Origin: a virus
Lineage: Duplodnaviria; Caudoviricetes
IMG/VR virus record: IMGVR_UViG_3300034151_000038
Coordinates: 1-26,823 of that record
Reading direction: 5' to 3' (one strand)
DNA: 26,823 nucleotides
Numbering within the stretch: the stretch's first letter is position 1; the number at the start of each line of letters is the position of its first letter. Positions 1 to 9,390 of the stretch are shown here, one piece after another. Both the position numbers and the translations under genes were made by a program. The notes below the pieces were generated by a model. That model saw only the letters and a program-made list of their open reading frames with translations, searched no databases and was not told the origin of the DNA.

Positions 1-2
1 CG

Positions 3-191
3 ATTGTCGCAGCACTTCTGCTGCTGCTCGGAGCGCTGGTGGTATGGCTGTTCAAACTGTTCGGCTTTGCCCCACCAGACCAGCAAGTGCAGCGGATATA
101 TCTGCTGGTGGTGCTGCTCATCGTTATCTACATGATCGCCGCGCTGATCTTAGGTATGCCATCGTTGCATATCGTGCCAGCAAGGCTTTGA
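3..191 (+). CDS. 3' part of a small two-TM membrane protein (holin-like candidate), start outside window
   Basis: Frame 3 reads IVAALLLLLGALVVWLFKLFGFAPPDQQVQRIYLLVVLLIVIYMIAALILGMPSLHIVPARL*, two hydrophobic stretches, TGA at 189-191. Confidence 0.65.
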   Translation: MVAALLLLLGALVVWLFKLFGFAPPDQQVQRIYLLVVLLIVIYMIAALILGMPSLHIVPARL

Positions 192-194
192 GCT

Positions 195-326
195 ATGTCG
201 GAACCTAACCAAGATCCACCCACGCCACCCCTTGCTTTCGCCTGGCTCGGTGTATGGTTCCTTGTCCTTTGGTGGCGTCGTGTCCGCCAACGTAATAACC
301 GGGGGGGGGAGGGTGCAAAACTTTAA
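195..326 (+). CDS. 43-aa single-TM peptide (hypothetical)
   Basis: MSEPNQDPPTPPLAFAWLGVWFLVLWWRRVRQRNNRGGEGAKL*; ATG 3 nt after upstream stop; not in ORF track. Confidence 0.35.
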   Translation: MSEPNQDPPTPPLAFAWLGVWFLVLWWRRVRQRNNRGGEGAKL

Positions 327-375
327 CAGAATGCGCCAATTCACCGGCGGGGCTGTCGCGAAGAGAATAATTAGC
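298..375. other. Probable cos / packaging initiation region
   Basis: CC-G9-AGGGTGCAAAACTTT...ACCGGCGGGGCTGTCGCGAAGAGAATAATT directly upstream of terminase; resembles the G-run cos regions of HK97-like phages. Confidence 0.6.
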
Positions 376-383
376 GGAATCTG

Positions 384-2027
384 ATGGGCACACGCGGCCG
401 CGGCGCGCTACTGACGCGCGAGGCGCGCGAGGCAGCTGGCAAGAAAAGGGTCTGGCTTCCGTGGAAGAAAGCAGGGCTCTCGCGTGTCGAACGGGTCGTC
501 GCATTCCTGGAATTTCTGCCGATCACGAAGGGCATTCTCGCTACCAAGAAAATGCGGCTCCTGCCCGACCAGCGGGAGTTCATCGAGGCGGTCTACGGGA
601 GGAAGAAGCGGGACGGGCGCCGATTAGTCAGCTTGGCGATCAAGTCAGCGCCGAAGGGGAACGGTAAGACGGGGTTGTGTGCGGGTCTTGCGCTTTGCCA
701 TCTACTTGGGCCGGAGGCTGAGCAGCGCGGGGAAATCTATTCTGCATCGATCGATGGGCTTCATGCGGGCAAGCTCTATGCGGAGATGGAGGCAATCATC
801 GTCCGCGTGTCGGACTTCGGCCGGCGCGTGAATGCGCAGCGCTTCCGTAAGAGCGTCGAGGTTCTGGAGGGGGACGGAGAAGGCTCTACCTTCGAGGCGC
901 TTTCGGCGGACGCCAGGAAGGCGCAGGGTCTCGCTCCCTCCCTATGGATCTATGACGAGCTCGCGCAGGTCGACGACAGGGAATTGCTCGACAATCTGCT
1001 GGAAGGCATGTCGAAACGGAAGGAGGCGCTTGGCATCGTCATCTCGACGCAGGCGCATGACGACCAGCATCCACTTTCGCAACTGATCGACGACGCGCTG
1101 GCGGGAGCCGATCCAAGCAACTATGCGCATGTGATTGCGGCGCCGGAGGCTGCGGATCCGTTTGACGACGATGTGCTGCGATCAGTCAATCCAGCGTGGG
1201 GTAAATATCTCGACCTCGACGATCTGCGAAAGTCACGAGAGCGGGCGCGCCGGATGCCGGCTTTCGAGCCTGCCTTTCGGAATCTGCGGCTCAACCAGCG
1301 GATTGATGCGAGCGAAGAGAACAGACTGTTCCCGCGCCGCGAGTGGGAGAAGTGTGAGGGTCCGATTGACCGGGACGACCTTCTAGGACGCACTTGCTAT
1401 GGTGCGCTTGATCTTTCGGCAAAGCATGATCTGACCAGTCTAACGCTGGTCTTTCCCGATGACGAGGCCGAGACAGGCTACGATATATTGCCGTTTTTCT
1501 GGACGCCGGAAGGGGCATTGGAAAAGCGGCGGCCGCGCGAGCGAGATCTATTCAAGCAGTGGATAAAAGAGGGCTATCTGCAGGCCGTGCCGGGACCGGT
1601 CGTCCGCTACAGCTACATGGCTGACCAGATAGGCGAACTGCGCCGTCTCTACGACCTCAAGGCGATTGCCTACGACCGCTGGCGGATTGACGATTTCAAA
1701 GTCGACATGACTGACGCGGGTCTGGACGAGTTGCCGCTGCAACCGTTCGGGCAAGGCTTCAAGGATATGTCTCCCGCGATCGAGTATTTTGTCGAACTTG
1801 CAATGGAGGCGCGGCTACGCTCGGCCGCCCATCCGGTACTGCGGGCCTGCGTTACGTCAGCGATCGTGGTTATGGATCCGGCGGGCAGCACGAAGATCGA
1901 CAAGGACAAATCGAACCGGGTCGCGATGGCGCGGGTCGACGGCGCGGTGACGCTGGCGATGGCGCTCGGGTTGGCCAAGCGGTTCGTGGAAGTGCCGCGC
2001 CTCGATATCGCGGCAATGATTGGCTGA
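384..2027 (+). CDS. terL: Terminase large subunit
   Basis: Walker A APKGNGKT, Walker B LWIYDE, nuclease motifs GALDLSAKHDLT, AYDRW, RVDGAVTLAMA. Confidence 0.97.
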   Translation: MGTRGRGALLTREAREAAGKKRVWLPWKKAGLSRVERVVAFLEFLPITKGILATKKMRLLPDQREFIEAVYGRKKRDGRRLVSLAIKSAPKGNGKTGLCAGLALCHLLGPEAEQRGEIYSASIDGLHAGKLYAEMEAIIVRVSDFGRRVNAQRFRKSVEVLEGDGEGSTFEALSADARKAQGLAPSLWIYDELAQVDDRELLDNLLEGMSKRKEALGIVISTQAHDDQHPLSQLIDDALAGADPSNYAHVIAAPEAADPFDDDVLRSVNPAWGKYLDLDDLRKSRERARRMPAFEPAFRNLRLNQRIDASEENRLFPRREWEKCEGPIDRDDLLGRTCYGALDLSAKHDLTSLTLVFPDDEAETGYDILPFFWTPEGALEKRRPRERDLFKQWIKEGYLQAVPGPVVRYSYMADQIGELRRLYDLKAIAYDRWRIDDFKVDMTDAGLDELPLQPFGQGFKDMSPAIEYFVELAMEARLRSAAHPVLRACVTSAIVVMDPAGSTKIDKDKSNRVAMARVDGAVTLAMALGLAKRFVEVPRLDIAAMIG

Positions 2028-2039
2028 AAGGAAGATGAA

Positions 2040-2387
2040 ATGCCGGTGACTATCATAAACGGCCCAGTCATCGCGGCCGGGGAATCGCTTTCCTCCGGCG
2101 TCGATTGCTCGGCCGGCCGCATCATCAGGATCACCACGCCAGCAGGATGGACCGGCGCCAACATCAGCTTTCAGGTGTCCAGCGATGGCCTCGGCTATGA
2201 GGATCTGTTTACGGCTGCCGGCAACGAGGTGACGATCCCATGCGGGCCGTCGCGCGCCATCTCGATCAGCCAGCAGGAATGGCCGGAGGCGGTACACCTG
2301 AAAATCCGTTCCGGCCGCCGTGACAATCCGGTGCCGCAGGCGGCACAACGCGAATTCTCGATCGCACTACTGACGCCGAATCCCTAG
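2040..2387 (+). CDS. Hypothetical beta-rich phage protein, possibly virion-associated
   Basis: 115-aa ORF with AAGGAAG RBS, tightly packed between terL and capsid gene. Confidence 0.7.
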   Translation: MPVTIINGPVIAAGESLSSGVDCSAGRIIRITTPAGWTGANISFQVSSDGLGYEDLFTAAGNEVTIPCGPSRAISISQQEWPEAVHLKIRSGRRDNPVPQAAQREFSIALLTPNP

Positions 2388-2401
2388 GGGGAACCTCCCA
2401 A

Positions 2402-4234
2402 ATGCTGCGCTACCGAACGACGGTCACACCCGGCGAGGGCTTGGATTTTGTCATCTCGGACGACACGAAGGATCGCCACGGCACACGCATCAATCCGAGC
2501 GGCTGGCAATTCGGCGACTATGTGCCAGTGCTGTTCGGGCACGACGGAATCCCGGTCGGCCTGTGGGAAAATCTGCGCGTCGAAAAAGGTAAATTGCTGG
2601 GGCGCCTGAAGCTCGGCCGCGAAGGCTCGAGCGATCGCATCGACGAGATCCGCAGCCTGGTCGACCAGGGCATCCTGCGCGCTGTCAGCGCCGGCTTCGA
2701 GGTGCATGACTACGGCAAGCCCGAAAAGGGCGGTTTCGATTTCGAGCGGCAGACGCTCATGGAGGCATCGCTAGTCGCGGTGCCATCCAACCCGAATGCG
2801 CTCGCGCAAGCGCGCGCGCTTGAACTGGCGTTTGGCGAGCATGCCGAAAAGCCGGCGAGAGCTTTGAACGGCGGGCACGCCGCGACATCTCCCAAGAAAG
2901 CAATCAAAATGGAACCGATTGGGCCGCAGATTGAATCTGCGCAGAACAGCCTGAATGCCGCCCGCGATGCACTTGCGGCACATCTTGCACTCAACACCGA
3001 CGATATCGCACAGACGGAAGCACTCACCGGCGAGATCGAGCAGCGGCAATCCCGGCTCGATTCCCTGCAGCGGGCTGAAAAGGCACTCGGCGCGCGTGCC
3101 GCCAATGGCGGCGGCGAAGCGAAACTGCCGGCGCCGGTGGTTGTCAGGCAACCGCTCGCCAAGCGCGACACCCGCCCGGTGACCGGCATGGATCTTCTGG
3201 TGCGGGCGGCAGTCGTCAAGACTCGCGCCTATGCGCTGCAGAAAGATCCGATCCGCATCCTCGAGGATTCCTACGGCGATCACGAGGCGACACAGGTTTT
3301 CGTGCGTGCAGCAATCGCCGGGGCAACGACTACGACGGCCGGCTGGGCCGCGGAGCTCGTGCAGCAGGCTAACGTTGACTTTCTCGAAAGCCTGCGGCCG
3401 ATCGGAGTGTTCCCGCGTCTGGCGGCACAGGGAACGCAGCTCAGCTTCGGGCCGGGTGCTGGATCGTTCAAGATCCCGAGCCGGGCAACCACGCCCTCAA
3501 TCTCCGGAGCGTTCGTCGCCGAAGGCGGTGCCATTCCAGTGCGCAGGCTCGGCCTCACCTCGATCCCGCTGGTGCCGCACAAGATGGGCGTCATCTCGGT
3601 CTTCACCAGGGAGATTGCGCGCTATAGCAACCCGCAGATCGAGGGCCTGCTTCGTTCGGAAATCATGGCCGATACCGCACTCACGATCGACTCCCTGCTG
3701 CTCGACGCAGTGGCGGGATCGACGACGCGGCCGGCCGGCCTGATCAATGGCGTGACGGTGATCACCGCATCGGTGCTCGGCGGCTACAAGGCAATCCTCG
3801 CCGATATCCAAGCACTGGCGGCGCCTTACGATACCGCCAATGCTGGCCGCAACCTGGTGCTGATGATGAATCCGCGCGAGGCACGGGCGCTCGCCATGTC
3901 ACCAGGTCCGGACGGGACGTTCGGATGGACGACTGCCTTCATGGGAGAGTTCACCGTTATCGTCTCGACCACGATTACCGCCGGCAAGCTCGTGATGGTC
4001 GACGCGGCCGATCTTGTCTCCGTCAACGGCACACCGGAATTCGAAGTCTCCGAGCATACTGTGCTGCACATGGAGGATACTACGCCCGGAACCGACATCA
4101 GCACGGCAACTCCGTCGCAGTCGATGTTCCAGACGGCGAGCCTGGCGCTGCGCATGCTGCTCGATATCACCTGGGCGATGCGCCGCACCGGCATGGTGCA
4201 GTTCATCACCGGCGCAAGCTGGGCGCCGCTGTAG
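2402..4234 (+). CDS. Fused HK97-family prohead protease and major capsid protein
   Basis: Protease motifs PVLFGHD, RAVSAGF, EASLVAVPSNPNA; then coiled-coil delta-like segment; then capsid motifs FVAEGGAIP, RPAGLING, SMFQTASLALRM. Confidence 0.93.
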   Translation: MLRYRTTVTPGEGLDFVISDDTKDRHGTRINPSGWQFGDYVPVLFGHDGIPVGLWENLRVEKGKLLGRLKLGREGSSDRIDEIRSLVDQGILRAVSAGFEVHDYGKPEKGGFDFERQTLMEASLVAVPSNPNALAQARALELAFGEHAEKPARALNGGHAATSPKKAIKMEPIGPQIESAQNSLNAARDALAAHLALNTDDIAQTEALTGEIEQRQSRLDSLQRAEKALGARAANGGGEAKLPAPVVVRQPLAKRDTRPVTGMDLLVRAAVVKTRAYALQKDPIRILEDSYGDHEATQVFVRAAIAGATTTTAGWAAELVQQANVDFLESLRPIGVFPRLAAQGTQLSFGPGAGSFKIPSRATTPSISGAFVAEGGAIPVRRLGLTSIPLVPHKMGVISVFTREIARYSNPQIEGLLRSEIMADTALTIDSLLLDAVAGSTTRPAGLINGVTVITASVLGGYKAILADIQALAAPYDTANAGRNLVLMMNPREARALAMSPGPDGTFGWTTAFMGEFTVIVSTTITAGKLVMVDAADLVSVNGTPEFEVSEHTVLHMEDTTPGTDISTATPSQSMFQTASLALRMLLDITWAMRRTGMVQFITGASWAPL

Positions 4235-4257
4235 ACCAATCAGGAAAGGACAAAGCA

Positions 4258-4542
4258 ATGGCTGACACCAAGCCGGTCGCCTCGCGCAGCGAGCTGACCG
4301 CCAACGCCGGCGAGCGGACTATCCGCAGTTACGAAGAGGCGCTGACGGCAACGCCTGAGCCGCCGACTCCGACACAGGAAGAGGCGGACGCTATCAAGGA
4401 AGGCACCTACGAATCTCCCGAGGTTCCGCCGGAAGGCGAAACAGCCGAGGCGGCCGCGGCACGCAAGAAACGCGAAGAGGAGAGGCGGCAGCGGCGTGAG
4501 GCGAAGGCTGCCTCCGATCAGGCGAGTTATCAGACGCGCTGA
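4258..4542 (+). CDS. Small charged protein between capsid and portal
   Basis: AAGGA RBS, ATG at 4258 (MADTKP...PTPTQEEAD...SYQTR); stop overlaps portal ATG (TGATG). Confidence 0.75.
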   Translation: MADTKPVASRSELTANAGERTIRSYEEALTATPEPPTPTQEEADAIKEGTYESPEVPPEGETAEAAAARKKREEERRQRREAKAASDQASYQTR

Positions 4543-5930
4543 TGCCGAACTGGCTGACGCGCATCTTCAACTCCTCGGCGGTGCGAGCCGCCGAGGGGCA
4601 AGTGCGGCCGGGACCGTATTTCCTCTCTGATGGATGGTTGCCGGCCGGCGCCTCGCCGTATTTCTTCCAGCAGGGATACGATCTGCGGCCTTACGGCGAA
4701 GCCTCGGCGATGGTCGAGGCTTGCGTCGCAAAATACGCGCAGACGCTCGCCATGTGTCCTGGCGACCACTGGCGGCTGCTGGATAATGGCGGGCGCGAGC
4801 GGGTGACGAATTCGGCGCTGTCGCGAATCCTGCGGCGGCCGAATGACTACCTGACGATCAGCGACTTCTTAATGAATTTGACGCGCGCGCTCTATACGCG
4901 CGGCGAGGCGTTCGCAGTGGCGCTGCGCAATGATCGCGGCGAGGTCACTGAACTGCACTGGATGCGCGAGGGCCGCGCCGAGATCGCAGAGGATGGATCG
5001 ATCTTCTATTCCTTGCGCGGTAACGAAGTGCTCGAGCAGCGGCTGGATTTCTCGGCGCCGATCCCGGCGCGCGACGTGCTGCATGCGCGATTGCACACTC
5101 CGCGGCATGCATTGAAAGGCGTCTCGCCAATCCTGGCGACGGCGCTCGAGCAGTCGCTGTCAGGGGCCGCCTTCCACCAGCAGATCGCGTTCTACCTCAA
5201 CCAGGCGCGGCCGAGCTACATCCTCGAGACGGATGAGAAGCTGACGGCCGCGCAGACGCAGGAACTCCGCAACCGCTGGAATGAGCAGACGCAGGGCGCA
5301 GGGGCCGGCGGTTCGCCGATCCTGACGTGGAATCTCAAGGCCAAGCAGCAGACGATGAGCGCGAGCGACGGGCAACTCGCCGATCTGTTGAAGATGAATA
5401 ACGAGACGATCGCGCTGGCATTCCAAGTGCCGCTGGCGATCCTCGGCGTTGGTGGCCAGACATTCGCGTCAGCAGAGTTGCAAATGCAGAGCTGGATCGC
5501 GAGCGGACTCGGGTTCTGTCTGAACCATATCGAGGAAAGCTTTGGCCTCTTGTTCCGGTTGAAGGGCTGGCCGGACGAATATCTAGAGCTCAACACTGCG
5601 GCGCTGCTGCGCTCAGCGCATCGCGAGCGCATCGAAGCGCTCGCGCGCGGGGTGATCAGCGGCATCTTCTCGCCGGACGAGGCGCGGGCGAGCGAGGATC
5701 TGCCGGCGGTGCCAGGCGGCCACGGCAAGATGCCCCGTACGCAGCAACAGGTCGTTCCGCTCAGTTACGGGACCGACATGAAACCGCCGGATCCCAACAA
5801 GCCGGCGCCCGCGCCAGCCGCAGCGCCGCAGGAAACTGACGAAAGCGAGGGCGCGAGCGATGCCGAGCAACGGTCGCGAGAGCAAATCTTTCAGCGTATC
5901 AATGCCCGCGCTCTCACAGTCCTACACTGA
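4542..5930 (+). CDS. Portal protein, HK97 family
   Basis: VEACV, LYTRGEAFA, DVLHAR, LKGVSPI, IALAFQVP, FSPDEARASEDLP motifs. Confidence 0.95.
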   Translation: MPNWLTRIFNSSAVRAAEGQVRPGPYFLSDGWLPAGASPYFFQQGYDLRPYGEASAMVEACVAKYAQTLAMCPGDHWRLLDNGGRERVTNSALSRILRRPNDYLTISDFLMNLTRALYTRGEAFAVALRNDRGEVTELHWMREGRAEIAEDGSIFYSLRGNEVLEQRLDFSAPIPARDVLHARLHTPRHALKGVSPILATALEQSLSGAAFHQQIAFYLNQARPSYILETDEKLTAAQTQELRNRWNEQTQGAGAGGSPILTWNLKAKQQTMSASDGQLADLLKMNNETIALAFQVPLAILGVGGQTFASAELQMQSWIASGLGFCLNHIEESFGLLFRLKGWPDEYLELNTAALLRSAHRERIEALARGVISGIFSPDEARASEDLPAVPGGHGKMPRTQQQVVPLSYGTDMKPPDPNKPAPAPAAAPQETDESEGASDAEQRSREQIFQRINARALTVLH

Positions 5931-6537
5931 GGCGCTTGAAGATGCGCTCGGCGATGTAGTCGGGCGCGCGCAGAGAGAGCTATGCCTTCTAAGAGACAGG
6001 ACCGACGCCGTTATTGCGACGGCGCATGCGCGCATCGCCGAAGCCGAAGCGCGACTCTCAATCATTGAGCGATCGCTTGCCGACCGCGTGTCGGAACTGC
6101 GCGATGGCGTCGACGGCAAGGATGGTGCGCCGGGGGAATCCGGAGAGCGCGGCGAACCTGGCGAGGCGGGGCCGCAAGGGCCGCCCGGCCTAGACGGTAA
6201 GGATGGCGTCGACGGTCGATCCTTCGTCATCCGCGGCACGTGGTTGGAGAGCGAAACCTATCAAGCGCTCGACGTGGTGGCGATCAATGGCGCTTCGTTC
6301 GCGGCGCGGCGCGAGGATCCGGGGCCATGTCCGGGTGAGGGTTGGCAGTTGATCGCGGCACAGGGCAAGCGCGGCAATCCCGGCGAGCGTGGTGCGGGGG
6401 CGAAGGGCGAGCGCGGCATGCCGGGGGTATCGGCAATGGTGCTCGATGTCGACGACCAGGGACTGCTGACGCTCACCAATGCCGACGGATCCACGGTGAC
6501 GTGCGACCTTTATCCGCTGCTGCGGAAGCTTGTCTGA
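5902..6537 (+). CDS. Coiled-coil plus collagen-like (Gly-X-Y) protein, putative head/neck fibre or portal-associated protein
   Basis: ATG at 5902 overlaps portal end; N-terminal heptads; Gly-X-Y runs; RGTW...YQALDVV...GWQL module. Confidence 0.8.
   Translation: MPALSQSYTEALEDALGDVVGRAQRELCLLRDRTDAVIATAHARIAEAEARLSIIERSLADRVSELRDGVDGKDGAPGESGERGEPGEAGPQGPPGLDGKDGVDGRSFVIRGTWLESETYQALDVVAINGASFAARREDPGPCPGEGWQLIAAQGKRGNPGERGAGAKGERGMPGVSAMVLDVDDQGLLTLTNADGSTVTCDLYPLLRKLV
6106..6222 (+). repeat. 13 consecutive Gly-X-Y triplets
   Basis: GVDGKDGAPGESGERGEPGEAGPQGPPGLDGKDGVDGRS. Confidence 0.9.
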
Positions 6538-7340
6538 TGGCGCGTGGTGCGCGGCCGCGGCGGCGGGATATTTTCCCGATTGGGTTTACAAGCGGCGTAA
6601 CCTATTCCGCCGAAGCAACGGCGTTCTTTGCGCGGCTTGGCACGCCGCCGACTGATGCCCGCAAAGCTCAATACGACACGCTGATCTCAGCACTTGTCGC
6701 GGGCGGCGTATGGGCGAAGCTCGACATCCTCTACGTGACGGCGGCGGCAAGTTCGGCAACGGCGCTTACCAACCTGAAGCAGTCTGCATATCCAGCCTCG
6801 TTCTACGTGAACACGGCGGCATTCACGGTCGACCAGGGGTTCATGGGGGCTGCCGGCACTCGTGTGACGACCGGCTTCATTCCTTCGACGGCGGGCGGGA
6901 ATTTTGCACTCAATTCGGCATCCATAGGTGCCTGGACAACAACGGCTGGGCTGAATGCCGGCGCCCTCGTAGGGCAACGATCGACGCCGACTAGCAGCCG
7001 TGCGTTTATTTATCCGCGCACCGGCGGCAATACACTGACATGGGTCAATTCCAACGGTGGCAATTCCATTGCCGCCGCGAGCAGCGCCGGTTTCTGGGTG
7101 GCCTCACGCACGGCCAGCAACCTGACGACAACCTACAAGGACGGCGTTTCCCTCGGCACGAATGCGCAGCCATCCGGAGCGCTTCCCGACAAGTTCACCG
7201 AATTTTTGACCGATCAGGGAACCGACTTCCTCGGCACTTGGCTGGCGGGGTTTGTGGGTTCCGGCCTTTCAGGGGCCGAGGTGACGACCACCTACAACGC
7301 CCTGCGCGCCTATCTGCAGCCTGTGGCGGGCGTTCCATAG
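6537..7340 (+). CDS. Putative virion protein with ConA/LamG-like beta-sandwich
   Basis: TGATG-coupled start at 6537; helical N-part (LVAGGVWAKLD) then Gly/Ala/Thr-rich beta region with TTYKDGVSLG and terminal LSGAEVTTTYNAL helix. Confidence 0.65.
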   Translation: MARGARPRRRDIFPIGFTSGVTYSAEATAFFARLGTPPTDARKAQYDTLISALVAGGVWAKLDILYVTAAASSATALTNLKQSAYPASFYVNTAAFTVDQGFMGAAGTRVTTGFIPSTAGGNFALNSASIGAWTTTAGLNAGALVGQRSTPTSSRAFIYPRTGGNTLTWVNSNGGNSIAAASSAGFWVASRTASNLTTTYKDGVSLGTNAQPSGALPDKFTEFLTDQGTDFLGTWLAGFVGSGLSGAEVTTTYNALRAYLQPVAGVP

Positions 7341-7341
7341 G

Positions 7342-9390
7342 ATGCCTGATCTCAGGATTTCCGAGCTGCCGTTGCGGACAGCAACGGCAGCGACGGACGA
7401 AGTGCCGACCGTCGCCGGCGGCGTGAACTATCGCTCGCCGCTCTCGTCCATTGGCGCCGGTGGCTATGTCGACGCCACAAGGTTCGGGGTCGTCTCGGAC
7501 GGCGACGGGCTGGGCGGCGGGACGGACAACGCCGAAGCTCTGTTCGAGCTGAATCGTTATTGCGCGGCCAATCCCGGAACGCACGTCAGGTTTCCGCCTG
7601 GCATCCTGTGCACGACCAAGACATCGTGGATGCTCAACGTCAAATCCGTCTATCTGGATTTCATCGGATGTACGCTGCAATGCACCACGCCGACGGTGGG
7701 GGTGGAGATGTTCCCCCTGCAGTTGGGCAACAGCGTGTTTATCAACAGGAAGATCGGTGAGGTCGAGAACGGCCGCGTCGGGCCGGATGCCATCGACAGC
7801 GTTGCAGCGGGGACAAGTACGGTTCGCTGCAAAACATTTGGCAACGCCGCAAAGCATCCCATCGGATCCTATTCCCTGATCTGCGGATATGATCAGCAGG
7901 GACTCGGCTTCCCGTATAACTACCGTTACTTCGAATATCTTCGCGTTGTTGCCAGGGACGTGGATCTCGGGACCATCACATTCGAGCGGCCGCTGCGCTA
8001 TTCCTATAACGAAAACTGGTTTGCCATAACGGAAGCAACAGGGCTGGTCGGGCCGGCAGGCGTGCTGCCGCTCGACCGGGGCGAGGACTATCAGATCATC
8101 GAAGAGGCGGAGGTGCGTAATCTCCGGGTGCTGCGCAATCCCAACGATCTGGTTGTGCATGGCGTAGTTGATGGGGTGGACACTTACCGCTCAGACAAAT
8201 TCACAGTTTTCGGATGCCTGTCTTTCAGAGGCTATAATATTTCGTGCGATGAAGCCCATTGCGGGGAAGGATATTCCTTCCTGTTCGAGGATTGCCACTT
8301 TCCCAATTATGAGCCCGACAAGATCGCACACAGCCTGACATTCCGGCGCGGCAGCGTCATCGACATGAACCAGGCGACCGGCTTCAATTATGTCGAGCTC
8401 GATCGGGTTCGCATCCGGGGCCGGGACAGTCTGACGCCGCGCAATATGCACGTCCACGACTGCCATTACACGCATTCGACAGATTTGCCGATTGCGTTGT
8501 CGGATGCGAGCAGGAGCATGGAATCGCGAACCCTAGAGAATTGCCAGTTCGAGTATTCGGCGCTTTCATCGCTACTCCCCGGAGCGAATAATGTATCTGA
8601 CGCAACGCGGCCGGACCGGCCCGGCCCGCTGTCGTTCTCCGTGCTCGGCGTGCCAGCAGCCGGACAGTTCACAGTTCTGTTCACCGGCAGCGTTGGCGAC
8701 GGCAATCTGACAGACGGCAGGCTGCGAATTTATCTAGCGGCAGGGACAGTGCTGAAGCGTCCGGGCGACGGCGCGCGCTTTGTCGTCAACGATATCGCAT
8801 ATGACGCGGCCGCACCGGCAAAGTTCATCGTCAGCTATGCGTCTACGGATGAAGTAGCTGTGAATGATGTCCTCTACTTCCACGCGGTCGGGCGGCTTGT
8901 CGTGCATGGATGCCGGCGGACGCACTACAACAAGCTGCCGTGGCACGCCAACATGATGCCGGCGGAAACCTACATCAACACCTCGGATCGGATCGACGAT
9001 CACTCGGTTGATATTGTCTACCAGGATTTCCCCGTCTCGCCGTCCGGCGCGCCCGGCACGGTCTATCATAGCTTCGAGGTGGATGGTTTCCTCAACGAAG
9101 TCGATGTGATTGTTCGCAAACCCTACACCGGAGACGGCGACGGAATCGTCCGTCTGAATGCCTCGTCACCGTTCGGGACGACACTGACTGTCCAGGTCAA
9201 CACCAAGACGACGGGTCGTCGTCGCATGACGGCCGATGCAACTCCGACCGGAGCTGTCGCGGGGGATACGCTGACGCCGTTTGGGTCATTGTTTTATGTC
9301 GGGACGCTGCGCGTGATGGTGAACGCTACGGACAATACCGGCACGATCGGGTGGAAAGGCAGCTTTCGCATCAAGGCGACTCGCCGCTGA
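7342..9390 (+). CDS. Beta-helix (pectate-lyase-like) spike/depolymerase encoded in the head module
   Basis: VDATRFGVVSDG...TDNAEAL...VRFPPG beta-helix cap motif; N-terminal ISELPLR module. Confidence 0.75.
   Translation: MPDLRISELPLRTATAATDEVPTVAGGVNYRSPLSSIGAGGYVDATRFGVVSDGDGLGGGTDNAEALFELNRYCAANPGTHVRFPPGILCTTKTSWMLNVKSVYLDFIGCTLQCTTPTVGVEMFPLQLGNSVFINRKIGEVENGRVGPDAIDSVAAGTSTVRCKTFGNAAKHPIGSYSLICGYDQQGLGFPYNYRYFEYLRVVARDVDLGTITFERPLRYSYNENWFAITEATGLVGPAGVLPLDRGEDYQIIEEAEVRNLRVLRNPNDLVVHGVVDGVDTYRSDKFTVFGCLSFRGYNISCDEAHCGEGYSFLFEDCHFPNYEPDKIAHSLTFRRGSVIDMNQATGFNYVELDRVRIRGRDSLTPRNMHVHDCHYTHSTDLPIALSDASRSMESRTLENCQFEYSALSSLLPGANNVSDATRPDRPGPLSFSVLGVPAAGQFTVLFTGSVGDGNLTDGRLRIYLAAGTVLKRPGDGARFVVNDIAYDAAAPAKFIVSYASTDEVAVNDVLYFHAVGRLVVHGCRRTHYNKLPWHANMMPAETYINTSDRIDDHSVDIVYQDFPVSPSGAPGTVYHSFEVDGFLNEVDVIVRKPYTGDGDGIVRLNASSPFGTTLTVQVNTKTTGRRRMTADATPTGAVAGDTLTPFGSLFYVGTLRVMVNATDNTGTIGWKGSFRIKATRR

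Noticed and set aside
301-309. G9 tract as a phase-variation switch
   Set aside because: Context fits a cos region better; at most it lies in the tail of a doubtful peptide
3925-4257. Upstream extensions of ORF-track calls (3925, 5860, 6342, 9351, 11134, 12458, 16807, 17244, 18764)
   Set aside because: Better starts exist at stop/start overlaps or after a clear RBS
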